A stretch of DNA of 64,000 nt from an uncultured delta proteobacterium (GCA_963755715.1 CAVWLW010000044.1:30427-94426), one strand, 5' to 3'. Numbered from the stretch's first letter, positions 8,786 through 19,250 are shown. Numbers and translations are program-made. Notes: a model not told the origin generated them from the sequence alone.

Positions 8786-9889
8786 CTAGTTTAAGCCCGG
8801 CTCTAGCTTGTAAAACCGGGCGGCGTTCGTTCGTAGGATCGCGTGCTTGGATTCTGCACTGATCTCCTCCCGCTCGCAAAGCTCGCGAATTTCTTTTTGG
8901 ACCGTGTGGACGTTCACCTCGTGGGGAAAGTCCGACGAGAACATGAACGCTTGTTCGCCCGCCACCTTGATCGCATAGGCAAGATCCGATTCCCCGCCCT
9001 CGACGCCTACGACCAATCGGCCAGCTTGCACCAGCGCGCGGACATAATCCGCGACGGTTTTCCCCTCCGGCAATTTCAGTAATTCGCCGCGCGGATTGAT
9101 CGGCGTGCCCGCCTCGTAGGATCGCGAAAGACGTTCGAGCGCCATGAGGAACCACAACGGACCGCCTTCGAGATACGCGACGCGCAGGCCCGTGAAACGG
9201 TCGAAGAGATTGTTCAGCACCATCTCCGCCAAAGCGATCGCCAGAGACATGGGATGTCCAATGGCATTGGCGCCGGTGGAGATATTCATCGTCTCCATAC
9301 CGAGGTCCCAATGGCCACCGCCGTGAACGACGATCGGGCAGCCCAAGCGCGCCGCTTCCGCATACACCGGCCAGTACGGTTTTGCTCCAAGGTTCAAGTG
9401 CACCCCCGTCGCGGGAAAAAGCACACCGCACATGCCCAGCTCGGTATAAGCGTGGCGCAGCTCTTCCAACGCCGCGTCCGCATCATGCATCGGCACGATG
9501 GCGATGCCTTTGAAACGGGTATCCCGCCCAAGATAAGTCTCGGCCAACCAATCGTTGTACGCGCGCGCCGCGCCGACGGCGTAGTCGCGGTCGACGATCC
9601 GTCCGATGCGTTGGCCGGCGGTCGGAAAGAGGACAGCATAATCGAATCCTACCTGATTCATGAACTCGATCCAGCCATCGGCGCCGGGATTTTGAAAGCG
9701 GCCTTCAGCATTGGTCGCAAACGCACCGGGCGGAGTACGGGTTAGCGAATATTGGATATGGCTATTGAGCGGAAACACGCCGCTCCTGAGTCGGGCACCC
9801 GCCGCACTGTAGGGAAAATGACGAGCGATGGCATCGCCGTCTTCGAAAATATGGCCGTCGCCATCGATGATTTTTAGCTGCTGTGCCAT
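8786..9889 (-). CDS. Amidohydrolase-2 family protein (ACMSD/LigW-like metal-dependent hydrolase/decarboxylase)
   Basis: Start chosen at MAQQLKIIDGDGHIFE with AAGGAG 6 nt upstream. Motifs include IDGDGH, VVHGGGH, LEGGPLW and FSSDFPH. Confidence 0.8.
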   Translation of the reverse strand: MAQQLKIIDGDGHIFEDGDAIARHFPYSAAGARLRSGVFPLNSHIQYSLTRTPPGAFATNAEGRFQNPGADGWIEFMNQVGFDYAVLFPTAGQRIGRIVDRDYAVGAARAYNDWLAETYLGRDTRFKGIAIVPMHDADAALEELRHAYTELGMCGVLFPATGVHLNLGAKPYWPVYAEAARLGCPIVVHGGGHWDLGMETMNISTGANAIGHPMSLAIALAEMVLNNLFDRFTGLRVAYLEGGPLWFLMALERLSRSYEAGTPINPRGELLKLPEGKTVADYVRALVQAGRLVVGVEGGESDLAYAIKVAGEQAFMFSSDFPHEVNVHTVQKEIRELCEREEISAESKHAILRTNAARFYKLEPGLN

Positions 9890-10139
9890 GGGATGCTCCT
9901 TCGTCGACAAGGACTTTTATCGTAGTGCTGCTCAGACGACGCGCTAAAAAATTGCGCGGCGCTGCATCCTACTTGTTCGCGCTTTAGAAGCCTGCTGATA
10001 ACACCCGGCTGTGAAAGTTGTCAACTTCACACACGCAGAGACAATCGCGATTGAGCCTCATTCGCTCCACTAAATCAATTTGCCCAGCGCGTGCCGGTGC
10101 GATATTGTCTCATCAATTCCAGAATCGGGAGGATTGATC

Positions 10140-11201
10140 ATGGCCGAGACAAATCCCAACTATTCTACGCCGAGCTCCGTTCGTTCGGTAACATCGTATC
10201 CCGCTCGCCGCGGCTTCAAGCAGGGGCCTGTCGATCCCTCGCTCGATCACGTGATCGGCGTCGAGGACGCGATCGACATTCATTGCCACGCGCACGAGGG
10301 GCAGCAAGACGCTCTCGGGGTCGCCAAGCTCGCCTCGAAGAGCGGCATGAAAGGCATACTCTACAAAACCATCGTCGGGCGAAAGGATCCCGCAGGGACG
10401 GTTGGCGGCGTGCGCAGCGCGTTGGAATCCTGGTGCGCGGAGCAGGGTTTGACACCGACACACCTCTGGCCCGGCGCCTCGGTCACGCAAGGTTTTCTCT
10501 CGAAGATCGAGCCCGCCTGGTGCGCCAAGAACTTGAAAGCCGGCGTCGTCGGTCTGTGGATGCCCAACAACACTTCAGCCAACACGCTGTCCATCGTCGG
10601 CGGCAAACCGAGCGCTTGGGACAAGAATGCCGATCCGAAAGCGCATACCGAGCCGCTGTCTTGGGCCGACTCGCTCAGGTACGGCCATTACCTGCTCGAC
10701 GACAAAGGCCGGCTATTACCGGAGATCGAAGAAATTTTCCGCATGGCTCACGACCAAAACGCGGCGATATTTTTCGGCCATCCGACCAAGCCGGAGTTCA
10801 AAGCGATGGCGGAGTTCAGCCACAAGATCGGTTTCAAAAGAGGCGTGGTCGACCATCCCTTTAGCCCTTTCGTCAATTTGACGATCGAGGAAATGAAAGA
10901 CGCGGCGGCCGCCGATCTCTGGCTCAATTTCACCTTCGACGAATTGTCGCCGCTCCTCGGCATCGACCCGGCGAATATGTACAAAGCCATTCGCACGGTC
11001 GGCCCCACGCACTGCACGCTGTCATCGGACGCGGGCGAACCGCTGTTTCCGAACTCAGTCGAGTCGCTTCGTCTGCTACGCGGCTACATGTCGGCTTTCG
11101 GCTGCACCGAGGAAGAGATCTACACGATGTCCACCGCCAACCCGGCATTCATCGTCGGCCTCAGCCTGGAAACAAAGCAACGGGCAAGCGCAGCGCACTA
11201 G
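10140..11201 (+). CDS. Putative metal-dependent hydrolase (TIM-barrel, HxH motif IDIHCHAH)
   Basis: Start MAETNPNY with GGGAGG RBS. It has HxH, later GHP, DHPF and SSDAGEP segments. Exact family not recognised. Confidence 0.5.
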   Translation: MAETNPNYSTPSSVRSVTSYPARRGFKQGPVDPSLDHVIGVEDAIDIHCHAHEGQQDALGVAKLASKSGMKGILYKTIVGRKDPAGTVGGVRSALESWCAEQGLTPTHLWPGASVTQGFLSKIEPAWCAKNLKAGVVGLWMPNNTSANTLSIVGGKPSAWDKNADPKAHTEPLSWADSLRYGHYLLDDKGRLLPEIEEIFRMAHDQNAAIFFGHPTKPEFKAMAEFSHKIGFKRGVVDHPFSPFVNLTIEEMKDAAAADLWLNFTFDELSPLLGIDPANMYKAIRTVGPTHCTLSSDAGEPLFPNSVESLRLLRGYMSAFGCTEEEIYTMSTANPAFIVGLSLETKQRASAAH

Positions 11202-11313
11202 CGGACAGGCACAGAGCGTTCAAATAGTTCAAGACGTTCCCGATCGAATAAGTCGGAACGGTTCCAGTCATTCCCATCGTTCCGGTAGATGATGCCGGCC
11301 TGCCGTTCAAGTT

Positions 11314-11339
11314 CAAAAAGAGCGGCCGGCCGGTTTTTA
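11314..11339. terminator. Bidirectional terminator (AAAAAG-AGCGGCCGGCCGG-TTTTT) between convergent genes
   Basis: Self-complementary GC-rich core flanked by A5 and T5. Lies between the hydrolase (plus) and PBP1A (minus) 3' ends. Confidence 0.45.
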
Positions 11340-11394
11340 CATTTGCGGCTTTGCGCAAAGGACCACATCGCGTGTCACGGTGAATTTTTCTGAG

Positions 11395-13872
11395 TTATCG
11401 ATCCCTTTCCACCTGATCCCGCTCGCGCTGCTCCCGTTTCTGCCTTAGTAAGTCCAGCAGTCGCTCTTTCTCGCGTTGTCTTTCCAGACTCCTTTGCTCC
11501 ACCGAATCATCCAAGCGATTTCTTTCCGGTGGTGTCTCTTCGACCCGCGGCGCTGCGCGCGGCAGATCGCGGCGCTGCGACGGCCTCGCTGTTTCTCCGA
11601 ACAGGCCCTTTAATATGTCGCCGACCCAGTCTTTGGCCGTATCCAAATACGGATCTAAAATCGAATCGCGCGGTCGTGGGTATGGGAAGTGCGCGGTCGC
11701 GTCGATCAAGCGCGCGGCGAAAACGTGCTGAAAGAAATCTCCAACCAAGAGCACGGCGTTGTGACCGCCCTCGCCCCAATAATTGCTGCGCATGGTGATG
11801 CGCGAGTCGTTGAAACCGACCCACGATCCGGCGACGAGTTGCGGATGCATCAAAATAAACCAGCCGTCGGTATTTTTTTGCGTGGTGCCGGTCTTCCCAG
11901 CGACGTCGGCGCGCAGGCCGAAGCGCGCTCGCACCTCTTGCCCGGTGCCGAGATCGACGGCGTCGCGCAACATGTTGATCAGATCGCCGACGGTCTTGTC
12001 GGACAGAACGGGCCGACCTTCGGTTTTGAATTCGTCGAGCACGGTGCCATTTTTGTCGGTGATGCGGGTGATAAAAATCGGCTGACGGTATTGGCCACGG
12101 GAGGCGAGAGTACTGTAAGCGGAGACCATCTCCAACGGCGTTACCGGACTACTGCCGAGAGCTAAGGCCGGAACTTCGTCGAGCTTGCTCTGGTTGACGC
12201 CCATGCGCCGCGCGAGTTCCGCGGTTTTTCTCGGACCGACCTCTTGCATGACCTGCGCGGTGATGGTGTTTTTCGAATAGATGAGACCCTCGCGCGCGGT
12301 CATCGAACGGCCGGTCGGTTCTGAGACATCGGTGGGGCGCCACACGGCGCCGTTCGGCAAAGAAATTTCCACGGCTTGGTCGACGAAGCGTTTGTCGGCT
12401 GACATCCCCTGCTCGAGCGCGGCGCCGTAAACAAACGGCTTAAACGTCGAACCCGGTTGCCGCTGCGCTTGCACCACGTGATCGAACTGGTCGGTTTTGA
12501 AGTCGCGGCTGCCGACCCACGCTTTGACGTAGCCGGTGGCTGGATCGATGGCGACGAAGCCCGCCTGCAACCGGGTCTTTTCGGCGCGCAGTTTTGCCAT
12601 AAATTCTTTATCGCTCTTGAGCTGCGCCAGGGCATCGTTCGGCGCGGTGCCGCGAGCGACCGCGCTGCGGTAGGTGGCGGACTCTTGAATAAAACTGTCG
12701 ATCAAGCCGGGCTTAGTTTTCCAAAAATAGGCGAAAGGTTGCACACGGCGGCGCAGTTGTAGGTAACCGTTCGCCTCCGACGAGAGCACTCCGCCGGAGC
12801 TCATTCCCCACTCCACATCGGCTACCGCCTGCAAGGCTTCCATCCGGCGGTGGACTGCTTGGTTGGCTACTGCCTGCAAACGCGAGTCGATGGTGGTGTA
12901 GACGATCAATCCGTCGGAATAAATGTCATGATCGTAACGGTCCGCCCAGTCGATCAGCCATTTGCGAATTTGGATGGTCAAATGAGGCGCGGGACCGAGA
13001 GCGTCCGGCTGGCGTTCGAAATCGAGACGTATCGGCCTGGGTTTTAACTGATCGAAATCGCTCTGGCTCAACACGCCGCGCTTGACCATTTGCGCCAGCA
13101 CGACGTTGCGGCGCTTAAGCGCGCGCTCGGGATTGAGCACCGGGTTGTAATAGCTGGTGCCTTTGAGCATAGCAATCAGCGTGGCGCTTTCGAGGACGTC
13201 GAGTTTTTGTGCCTGCTTATCGAAGTAAGTGCGCGCCGCCATTTCAATGCCGAACGCGTTGTATAAAAACGGAATCGTGTTGAGGTATGTTTCCAGGATT
13301 TCATTTTTGCTGTAGGCGTATTCGATTTTGAGCGCCGTGATCATCTCCTTGAATTTTCGCGTGAGCGTGCGCTTTCGGCCGATTTCTTCGGGATAAAGAT
13401 TGCGCGCGAGTTGCTGGGTCAACGTCGAACCGCCCTCCGGATCGCCGGTCAAGATGCCCAAGAGGCCGGCTGCGCTGCGCAGCACATCGATGCCGTGGTG
13501 ATCGTAGAAGCGATGATCCTCCGTGGCGAGCAGAGCATTGATCACCTGCGGCGAGATCCGATTTAACCGGACCCACTCGCGGTTCATCGGCTTCAGCGTG
13601 GCGAGGCGCTTGCCATCGGAAGAGATCAACACCGTGGGCTGATCGATTTTGGCTTTTCGTATATTGGCAATACTCGGCGTGAAGGGTATCAAAATGATCG
13701 CGTACGCGAACAACAGCGCGAAACCGAGCGCGCCTAACACGGCCAATCCCTTGGCACCGGAAACAAGCCGGTCCCGCCCGCTCAACGCAGAATCGAATAC
13801 AGCCGCGAAGTAGCCGGCGGCGCGCCGATATAAGCGTCTGATCCGTTCGGGAGGCCTTACGCTTTCAGCCAC
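11395..13872 (-). CDS. Class A penicillin-binding protein (PBP1A-type bifunctional transglycosylase/transpeptidase)
   Basis: 825 aa. GT51 motifs ATEDHRFYDHHGID and GGSTLTQQLARN. Transpeptidase motifs STFKPFVY (SxxK), SKN and KTGTT. N-terminal TM anchor. Arg/Glu-rich charged C-terminal tail. Confidence 0.9.
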   Translation of the reverse strand: MAESVRPPERIRRLYRRAAGYFAAVFDSALSGRDRLVSGAKGLAVLGALGFALLFAYAIILIPFTPSIANIRKAKIDQPTVLISSDGKRLATLKPMNREWVRLNRISPQVINALLATEDHRFYDHHGIDVLRSAAGLLGILTGDPEGGSTLTQQLARNLYPEEIGRKRTLTRKFKEMITALKIEYAYSKNEILETYLNTIPFLYNAFGIEMAARTYFDKQAQKLDVLESATLIAMLKGTSYYNPVLNPERALKRRNVVLAQMVKRGVLSQSDFDQLKPRPIRLDFERQPDALGPAPHLTIQIRKWLIDWADRYDHDIYSDGLIVYTTIDSRLQAVANQAVHRRMEALQAVADVEWGMSSGGVLSSEANGYLQLRRRVQPFAYFWKTKPGLIDSFIQESATYRSAVARGTAPNDALAQLKSDKEFMAKLRAEKTRLQAGFVAIDPATGYVKAWVGSRDFKTDQFDHVVQAQRQPGSTFKPFVYGAALEQGMSADKRFVDQAVEISLPNGAVWRPTDVSEPTGRSMTAREGLIYSKNTITAQVMQEVGPRKTAELARRMGVNQSKLDEVPALALGSSPVTPLEMVSAYSTLASRGQYRQPIFITRITDKNGTVLDEFKTEGRPVLSDKTVGDLINMLRDAVDLGTGQEVRARFGLRADVAGKTGTTQKNTDGWFILMHPQLVAGSWVGFNDSRITMRSNYWGEGGHNAVLLVGDFFQHVFAARLIDATAHFPYPRPRDSILDPYLDTAKDWVGDILKGLFGETARPSQRRDLPRAAPRVEETPPERNRLDDSVEQRSLERQREKERLLDLLRQKREQRERDQVERDR

Positions 13873-14229
13873 GGCGATCCTCTAGTTTTTTAGCAACGCC
13901 GAAGCGGTGTCGAGAAGCGGATAGATTATCGGCGCGGCGCTCGAGACGGAGCCAATGCCGTTTCTCGTGCCGCCCTGCCGTATGCCGCCGCCCGATAACG
14001 GCGTCTTCTCTTTCGGGTATCTCGACTCTCACAACCTTTCTAGAAAAGCACGCGGAGAGCTTGCTCGCAACAAATGAATGAGACTTGGGAGATTCCAGAG
14101 GTTCAAACCGTCGAATCAACGCAGCGGAACCACGCAATCAACGGGAGTGAAAGTTGTCGAACGGCACGTGTGAGTGAATAGAGGGGACGCTGAGAAGGGA
14201 TACCTTGAACTCGTTATTGCTTTCGAAAG

Positions 14230-15211
14230 CTATTTGCCTGCCAAAACTTCTTCAAGCAAAGAATGATCGATCATCTGCGCAGCGAGTAACGGTTTGGTGA
14301 TTTTTTGAGTTTGGCGCGCGAGATCGATGAGGAATTGCACGCCGGCGGCATTGACACGGCCGTCCTCGCTCATGAGACTGACGATCTGTTCGTAGCCTTT
14401 GGCGGCGCTGTCCGGGTCCATGCCTAGTTCTCTGAACAATGGTTGCAATCGAGTCGCCGCGGTTTTCGCGCATAAACTTCATGGCGCGCAGATTTCCTCG
14501 GAGCATTTTCTTGATTTGCTGCGGCTGTTTGACTATCCGATCGCTGCGAACGGCCAAACCGCTGGTCGGTACTTGAAGATAGTCGGCGGCGGCCGCGATT
14601 TTTCGAAAACCGTCGCGTTCGGCGCGAAAGTTGTGCGGCGCGCCCAGCACCGTTGCCGCGACCGTCCCGGACTTGAGCGCTGCGTACCGCTCCGGTGTCC
14701 CGCCGAGGTTGATGAGCACGACGTCGCGGTCTGGATCCAGACCGTTCTGTAAAAGGATCTGGCGTAACAGTGCATCCACCAAACCGCCCGGGTTGAGCGA
14801 GCCGATCGTCTGGCCTTTGAGATCTTTCACCTGGCGATATTTGTTCTGAGCCACCAGCACATGTTCCGCCCGGCCGACCACTCCTTGGATCAATCGTACC
14901 GGTATGCCGGCCACAAACGCGCTGATGGCACTGCCGCTCGCCATTGCATAGTCCACATCGCCGGTCACTAGAGCCTTGATGTCGATGGCTCCTCGCACGT
15001 AGATGAGATTGGCCTCGATCCCTTCGGCGAGGAAAAAGCCTTTTTGCCGCGCAATTTCAGGAACCAGGAAACTTGTGAGCGTTCGGCTCGGATAGCTGAC
15101 CACAACCTTTTCAGCGGCGAGCACGGGCACATGGAAGAACCCTACACTTGTTAGCCAGGCGACGGACAGAACTAACCAGCCGCATTGGCCGATTAACATG
15201 TTCACTTTCAT
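14230..15211 (-). pseudogene. NMT1/SsuA-like ABC substrate-binding protein, frameshifted near its 3' end
   Basis: The 331-aa ORF matches the family up to ...MRENRGDS, then turns to Arg-rich nonsense. The conserved C-terminus (...LGMDPDSAAKGYEQIV...LLEEVLAGK) sits in the separate 72-aa ORF 14230..14448. Shift near 14445-14475. Confidence 0.6.
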
Positions 15212-15390
15212 GGACGGATTCTCTATCCCATGATCCAGCGCTGTCAAGGCGGAATTTTTACGGTTCCTTGTGTTTGCTCTCAGGGTCTTGCATGCAAAGT
15301 GAAAATCGTGAAAGCGTTTGAAACAGACCGACCGCGGTAAGCGAACCGCCGAATTCCGAGCGGGTCGGCAATCATGACACGGAGGGAACG

Positions 15391-16449
15391 ATGGGAGCGA
15401 TTGACGCTGACGCGCATGTGATCGAGACGATGCAAACTTGGAGTTATCTCGACGACGAGGAACGGCGCTTTACGCCGCAACTGATGACCCAGAGCTTCGG
15501 CGCGGAGCTGCGCAGCAATGAAGGCATCCCCGTGCGCGACTTCTGGGTGATCGAAGGGCGTGCGCACGGCAAAGACCGTAACGTCGGCACCAACACCTCG
15601 CAGGAGTCGCGCGAGATGCTGAGCGTCGAATCTCGCCTAGCGCACATGGACGAGCTCGGCATCGAGACCCAAGTGCTTTACCCGACGCTCTTTCTCCGGC
15701 CGGTGGTCGAGCAAGCCGAGCGCGAGCGCGCTCTGTGCAAATCCTATAACCGCTGGATGGGCGATCTTTGGCAGCGCGGCAAGGGCCGGCTGCGTTGGGT
15801 GGCGAAGCCACCGCTGCGGCTTCTGGAAAAAACTCCGGCAGCGGTGCGGGATGAGCTCGAATGGTCCAAGAACCACGGCGCCTGCGGCGTCTTTATGCGC
15901 GGTCTGGAGTGCGAGCGCGCGCTCGGCTCTCCCTATTTTTATTCGCTTTGGGAAATGTCGGGAGAGCTCGATCTGCCCGTCTGCATCCATTCCGCCAACG
16001 GCAGCTTCCTCCACCACGACTTCTTCGCTGAGGACACGACGTTTACCAAGTTCAAACTCACTGTGGTCGGCGCGTGTCACACGCTGATCGAAAAAGAGTT
16101 GCCGAAACAGTTTCCAAAGGTCCGTTGGGGCTTCGTGGAAGTCAGCGCGCAATGGGTGCCTTATGTTCTGAACGATCTGGCCGACCGCTACCGCCGCCAA
16201 GGCAAATCGTTTCGCGCCGACGCGCTCGCCGCTAACAACATGTGGGTGGCCTGCGAGAACACGGATGATCTCCCCTACGTCTTGAGCTACGCAGGGGAAA
16301 ATAGTTTGATGATCGGCACCGACTACGGTCACCACGATCCATCATCCGAGCTCAATGCGATTCGCCTGCTGCGCAAGGATCGTCGGATCGGTCCCGAGAC
16401 GATCGAAAAAATTCTTGAGATCAAATCCGCGAAAGTTTTACGGCATTGA
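15391..16449 (+). CDS. Amidohydrolase-2 family protein
   Basis: 352 aa. N-terminal IDADAHVIE, CIHSANG and a late IGTDYGHHD motif. GGAGGG RBS. Confidence 0.8.
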   Translation: MGAIDADAHVIETMQTWSYLDDEERRFTPQLMTQSFGAELRSNEGIPVRDFWVIEGRAHGKDRNVGTNTSQESREMLSVESRLAHMDELGIETQVLYPTLFLRPVVEQAERERALCKSYNRWMGDLWQRGKGRLRWVAKPPLRLLEKTPAAVRDELEWSKNHGACGVFMRGLECERALGSPYFYSLWEMSGELDLPVCIHSANGSFLHHDFFAEDTTFTKFKLTVVGACHTLIEKELPKQFPKVRWGFVEVSAQWVPYVLNDLADRYRRQGKSFRADALAANNMWVACENTDDLPYVLSYAGENSLMIGTDYGHHDPSSELNAIRLLRKDRRIGPETIEKILEIKSAKVLRH

Positions 16450-16627
16450 CTGAATTTTAACCAAGACCGTATGGTTCTTGTCCTTCGTTCTCAGTATCCT
16501 GGTTTGCAGCACCAATGGGGCACTGATCTGCGGCGCGCGGCAGGGCGCCCCGACTTGAAGCGGGTGATCGCCGAATTTCGTCCGCGGCCTTTGATTTCCT
16601 CTCGATTCACGATATATCCCGCGTGAT

Positions 16628-17644
16628 ATGCAATTTGGGATTTTCGACCACCTAGACCGCAATAAATTACCCCTGAAGGATTATTACGAGGCGAGACTCC
16701 AACTGATCGAGACGTATGATCGTGAAGGGTTTTACGCTTACCACGTCGCTGAGCACCACTCGACGCCGCTCGGTATGGCGCCTTCGCCCAGCGTTTTTCT
16801 CTCCGCGGTGGCGCAGCGCACCAAGCGCCTGCGCTTCGGCCCGCTGGTTTACGCCCTGCCGCTTTATCATCCGATCCGCTTGATCGAAGAGATATGCATG
16901 CTCGATCAGATGAGCGGCGGTCGCCTCGACATCGGCTTCGGCCGCGGCGCATCGCAGATCGAAGCGGCGATCTACGGCAACGATCCCGCCAAGGCGGAAG
17001 CCATGTACGTCGAGGGCCTCGAGCTGATCATGCGCGGTTTGACGCATAAGACGCTCGACTTTCACGGCGAGTGTTTTTCGTTCGATGACGTGCCGATGGA
17101 ATTGGAGCCGTTGCAAAAACCCCATCCGCCGGTCTGGTACGGCGTGCACTCGGCGGTGAGCGCGGAGCGCGCGGCGCGCCAAGGACTGAATATCGTGAGC
17201 CTCGACCCCGCCGACAAGACGCGCGAATTCACCGATCGCTTTCGCGAAGTCTGGCGCGAAACGCAGGCGAAAAATCGTATCGCGCCGCTGGTCGGTCTCG
17301 GTCGTTTCATCTTCGTCGCGGAGACGGACGAGGAGGCGCTCACGATCGGCCGCAGGGCCTATCCCGTTTGGCATCGGAGCTTCAACTATCTTTTCTACCA
17401 CCGCGGCGGCAAGGGACCGGTGCATCAACGGCCGGCGGAGTTGGACGGGCTCATCAAAGTCGGCCAGGGTATCGCGGGCAGTCCGGCGACCGTTACCGCC
17501 TTTTTGCAAGATCAAATGGCTCAAGCGGGCTGCAATTATTTGGTCGGACAATTCGCTTTCGGCGATCTGTCGCCGAGCGAGACTAAACGCTCATTGGAAT
17601 TATTTACCCAACACGTCATGCCGCAACTGAAGGTAAACGGTTAG
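16628..17644 (+). CDS. LLM-class flavin-dependent oxidoreductase (luciferase-like monooxygenase)
   Basis: 338 aa. MQFGIF...YHVAEHHSTPLGMAPSP...DIGFGRG is a typical LLM N-terminal barrel. Confidence 0.85.
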   Translation: MQFGIFDHLDRNKLPLKDYYEARLQLIETYDREGFYAYHVAEHHSTPLGMAPSPSVFLSAVAQRTKRLRFGPLVYALPLYHPIRLIEEICMLDQMSGGRLDIGFGRGASQIEAAIYGNDPAKAEAMYVEGLELIMRGLTHKTLDFHGECFSFDDVPMELEPLQKPHPPVWYGVHSAVSAERAARQGLNIVSLDPADKTREFTDRFREVWRETQAKNRIAPLVGLGRFIFVAETDEEALTIGRRAYPVWHRSFNYLFYHRGGKGPVHQRPAELDGLIKVGQGIAGSPATVTAFLQDQMAQAGCNYLVGQFAFGDLSPSETKRSLELFTQHVMPQLKVNG

Positions 17645-17657
17645 GAGGAATCGACTC

Positions 17658-18488
17658 ATGGAAAAAATCGGCTTTGTCGGCACCGGAGCGATGGGCAGCG
17701 CGCTCTTGTCGCGATTGAAATTGGCCAACGTCGTCGCTACCGCCTTTGATATCGCGCCCGCTGCTTTGGACGCGGCGCGCGCGGAAGGCGCTGAAACCGC
17801 ATCGTCTGCGAAAGCCGTTGCGCAATCCTGCACGCTCATCGACGTGGTCGTACGCACCGATCAGGAAGTCCTGGAATGCATGCTCGGCAACGATGGCGTC
17901 TTGGAAGGCGCGGCGCCCGGCTCGCTGGTCTTGTTGCACAGCACGATTCGGCCTGCGACGACGAAAAAAGTCGCCGAGCTGGCGGCGGATAAACGAGTCA
18001 ACGTGATCGACGCCTGTATGACGGCGGTCCCAAGCGCTGTGCGCCAGGGCGGTTTAACTTTTCTCGTTGGCGGGCAAAAAGCGTTCTTCGAGCGCGCCAA
18101 GCCCCATCTATTGAAGATGGCCAAAGACGCCGTGCACATGGGTCCCCTCGGCTGCGGCAACGTGAGCAAGCTTTTCAAAAACATGGTCACCGCATCCGAA
18201 GCGCTGATCGTCTATGAAGCGTTGCAGATCGCCAAAGCCGGCGGCGTCAGCTACAAAGCCGCGCTCGACCTGATGAAGAAAACCAAGTCGCAGCATGTCC
18301 TCGACCGCTGGGAAACTCGCTACGATATCTCCGACGGCGAGTTGAAGTTCAATCCAGGCACCAACCTCTACGACAAAGATTTGCCGCTAGCGGCCGACGT
18401 CGGCAAAGCTCTTGGCGCAGAGATTCCGGTCGTGGAAGCGTTGGCGAAACTGGGCGTCAAGCTAAACGGCGGGAAAATGAGTATCTAA
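17658..18488 (+). CDS. NAD(P)-dependent oxidoreductase, 3-hydroxyisobutyrate dehydrogenase (HIBADH)-like
   Basis: 276 aa. Rossmann motif IGFVGTGAMGSAL plus a 6PGDH-like C-terminal domain. AGGAGG RBS. Confidence 0.85.
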   Translation: MEKIGFVGTGAMGSALLSRLKLANVVATAFDIAPAALDAARAEGAETASSAKAVAQSCTLIDVVVRTDQEVLECMLGNDGVLEGAAPGSLVLLHSTIRPATTKKVAELAADKRVNVIDACMTAVPSAVRQGGLTFLVGGQKAFFERAKPHLLKMAKDAVHMGPLGCGNVSKLFKNMVTASEALIVYEALQIAKAGGVSYKAALDLMKKTKSQHVLDRWETRYDISDGELKFNPGTNLYDKDLPLAADVGKALGAEIPVVEALAKLGVKLNGGKMSI

Positions 18489-18525
18489 GAAAGGCCGAAG
18501 GATAAAGGATAGGAGAAAAACTAAC

Positions 18526-18549
18526 GGAAGGCTTATCCTTCCGCTTTTA
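18526..18549 (+). terminator. Candidate terminator GGAAGG-cttat-CCTTCC + GCTTTTAT
   Basis: Perfect 6-bp stem followed by a T-rich tract, 38 nt after the dehydrogenase stop. Confidence 0.4.
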
Positions 18550-18567
18550 TCCTTCATCCTTTCTTCT

Positions 18568-18810
18568 ATGGTGCGAACGAAAACCTACCGCGGCCACCGC
18601 GTCGAGTTTGACTCGGAGGAAATTCGCACACGCGAATGGATCGCGAGAGCGACCATCGTCATCGCTGATGGCAAGAAGGAAAAGCGAATTCCCATTTTCG
18701 GACGGCGCCGAGGCACCTTCGAGACCCAGAGACAAGCCGATGCCTACGCGCTCGAACTGGCAAAACTGTGGATCGACGGCCGCGTCTGGGGCACCAATGG
18801 ACACGGTTGA
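18568..18810 (+). CDS. Hypothetical small protein (80 aa)
   Basis: ORF only, no clear RBS. Follows a terminator and precedes the PPOX-like gene. Confidence 0.25.
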   Translation: MVRTKTYRGHRVEFDSEEIRTREWIARATIVIADGKKEKRIPIFGRRRGTFETQRQADAYALELAKLWIDGRVWGTNGHG

Positions 18811-18830
18811 CCTGAATTGAAAGGAGACAT

Positions 18831-19250
18831 ATGGAAATCGTCGACGCACAAAAATTTCTCCAGCAAAACCACCGCGCCTGCATCGCCGTGCGGCAGAAAG
18901 ACGGCTGGCCGCAAATGACTTTTGTCAGCCCGGGGATCGATCCCCAGGGACGCGTGATCATCACATCGCGCGGCACGACCTATAAGATTAAACACCTGCG
19001 CCGGGAGCCGCGGGTGTCGATGTTGATCTTCGGCGAGCAATACAGCGGCTCGAAGTTCGTGCAGATCCACGGCACCGCCGAGATCATCGAGCAGCCCGCC
19101 GCGATGGACATGTTAATCTATTGGTATAAGCAGGTGCGCGGTGAGCACAAGAACTGGGAGGAATACAAAAAGCGGATGGCCGACGAAAAGCGCGTGATCA
19201 TCCGAGTCAACATCGAGAAGGTCGGCCCGCAAACCGTAAATAGGATTTAG
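18831..19250 (+). CDS. Pyridoxamine 5'-phosphate oxidase family / PPOX-class F420- or FMN-dependent protein
   Basis: 139 aa with the split-barrel signature (...CIAVRQKDGWPQMTFVSP...VSMLIFGEQ...VQIHGTAEII). AAAGGAGA RBS. Confidence 0.75.
   Translation: MEIVDAQKFLQQNHRACIAVRQKDGWPQMTFVSPGIDPQGRVIITSRGTTYKIKHLRREPRVSMLIFGEQYSGSKFVQIHGTAEIIEQPAAMDMLIYWYKQVRGEHKNWEEYKKRMADEKRVIIRVNIEKVGPQTVNRI

Noticed and set aside
8420-8794. 124-aa ORF treated as a separate gene
   Set aside because: It is the frame-2 middle section of the frameshifted amidohydrolase, carrying the conserved WGTDWPH core, not an independent gene.
13865-14137. 90-aa minus ORF in the PBP1A upstream region
   Set aside because: Arg-rich, no RBS. 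It overlaps the promoter motif region and is likely spurious.
16667-17551. 294-aa minus-strand ORF overlapping the LLM oxidoreductase
   Set aside because: Same reasoning: an antisense open frame in GC-rich sequence. The sense gene has a clear family match.
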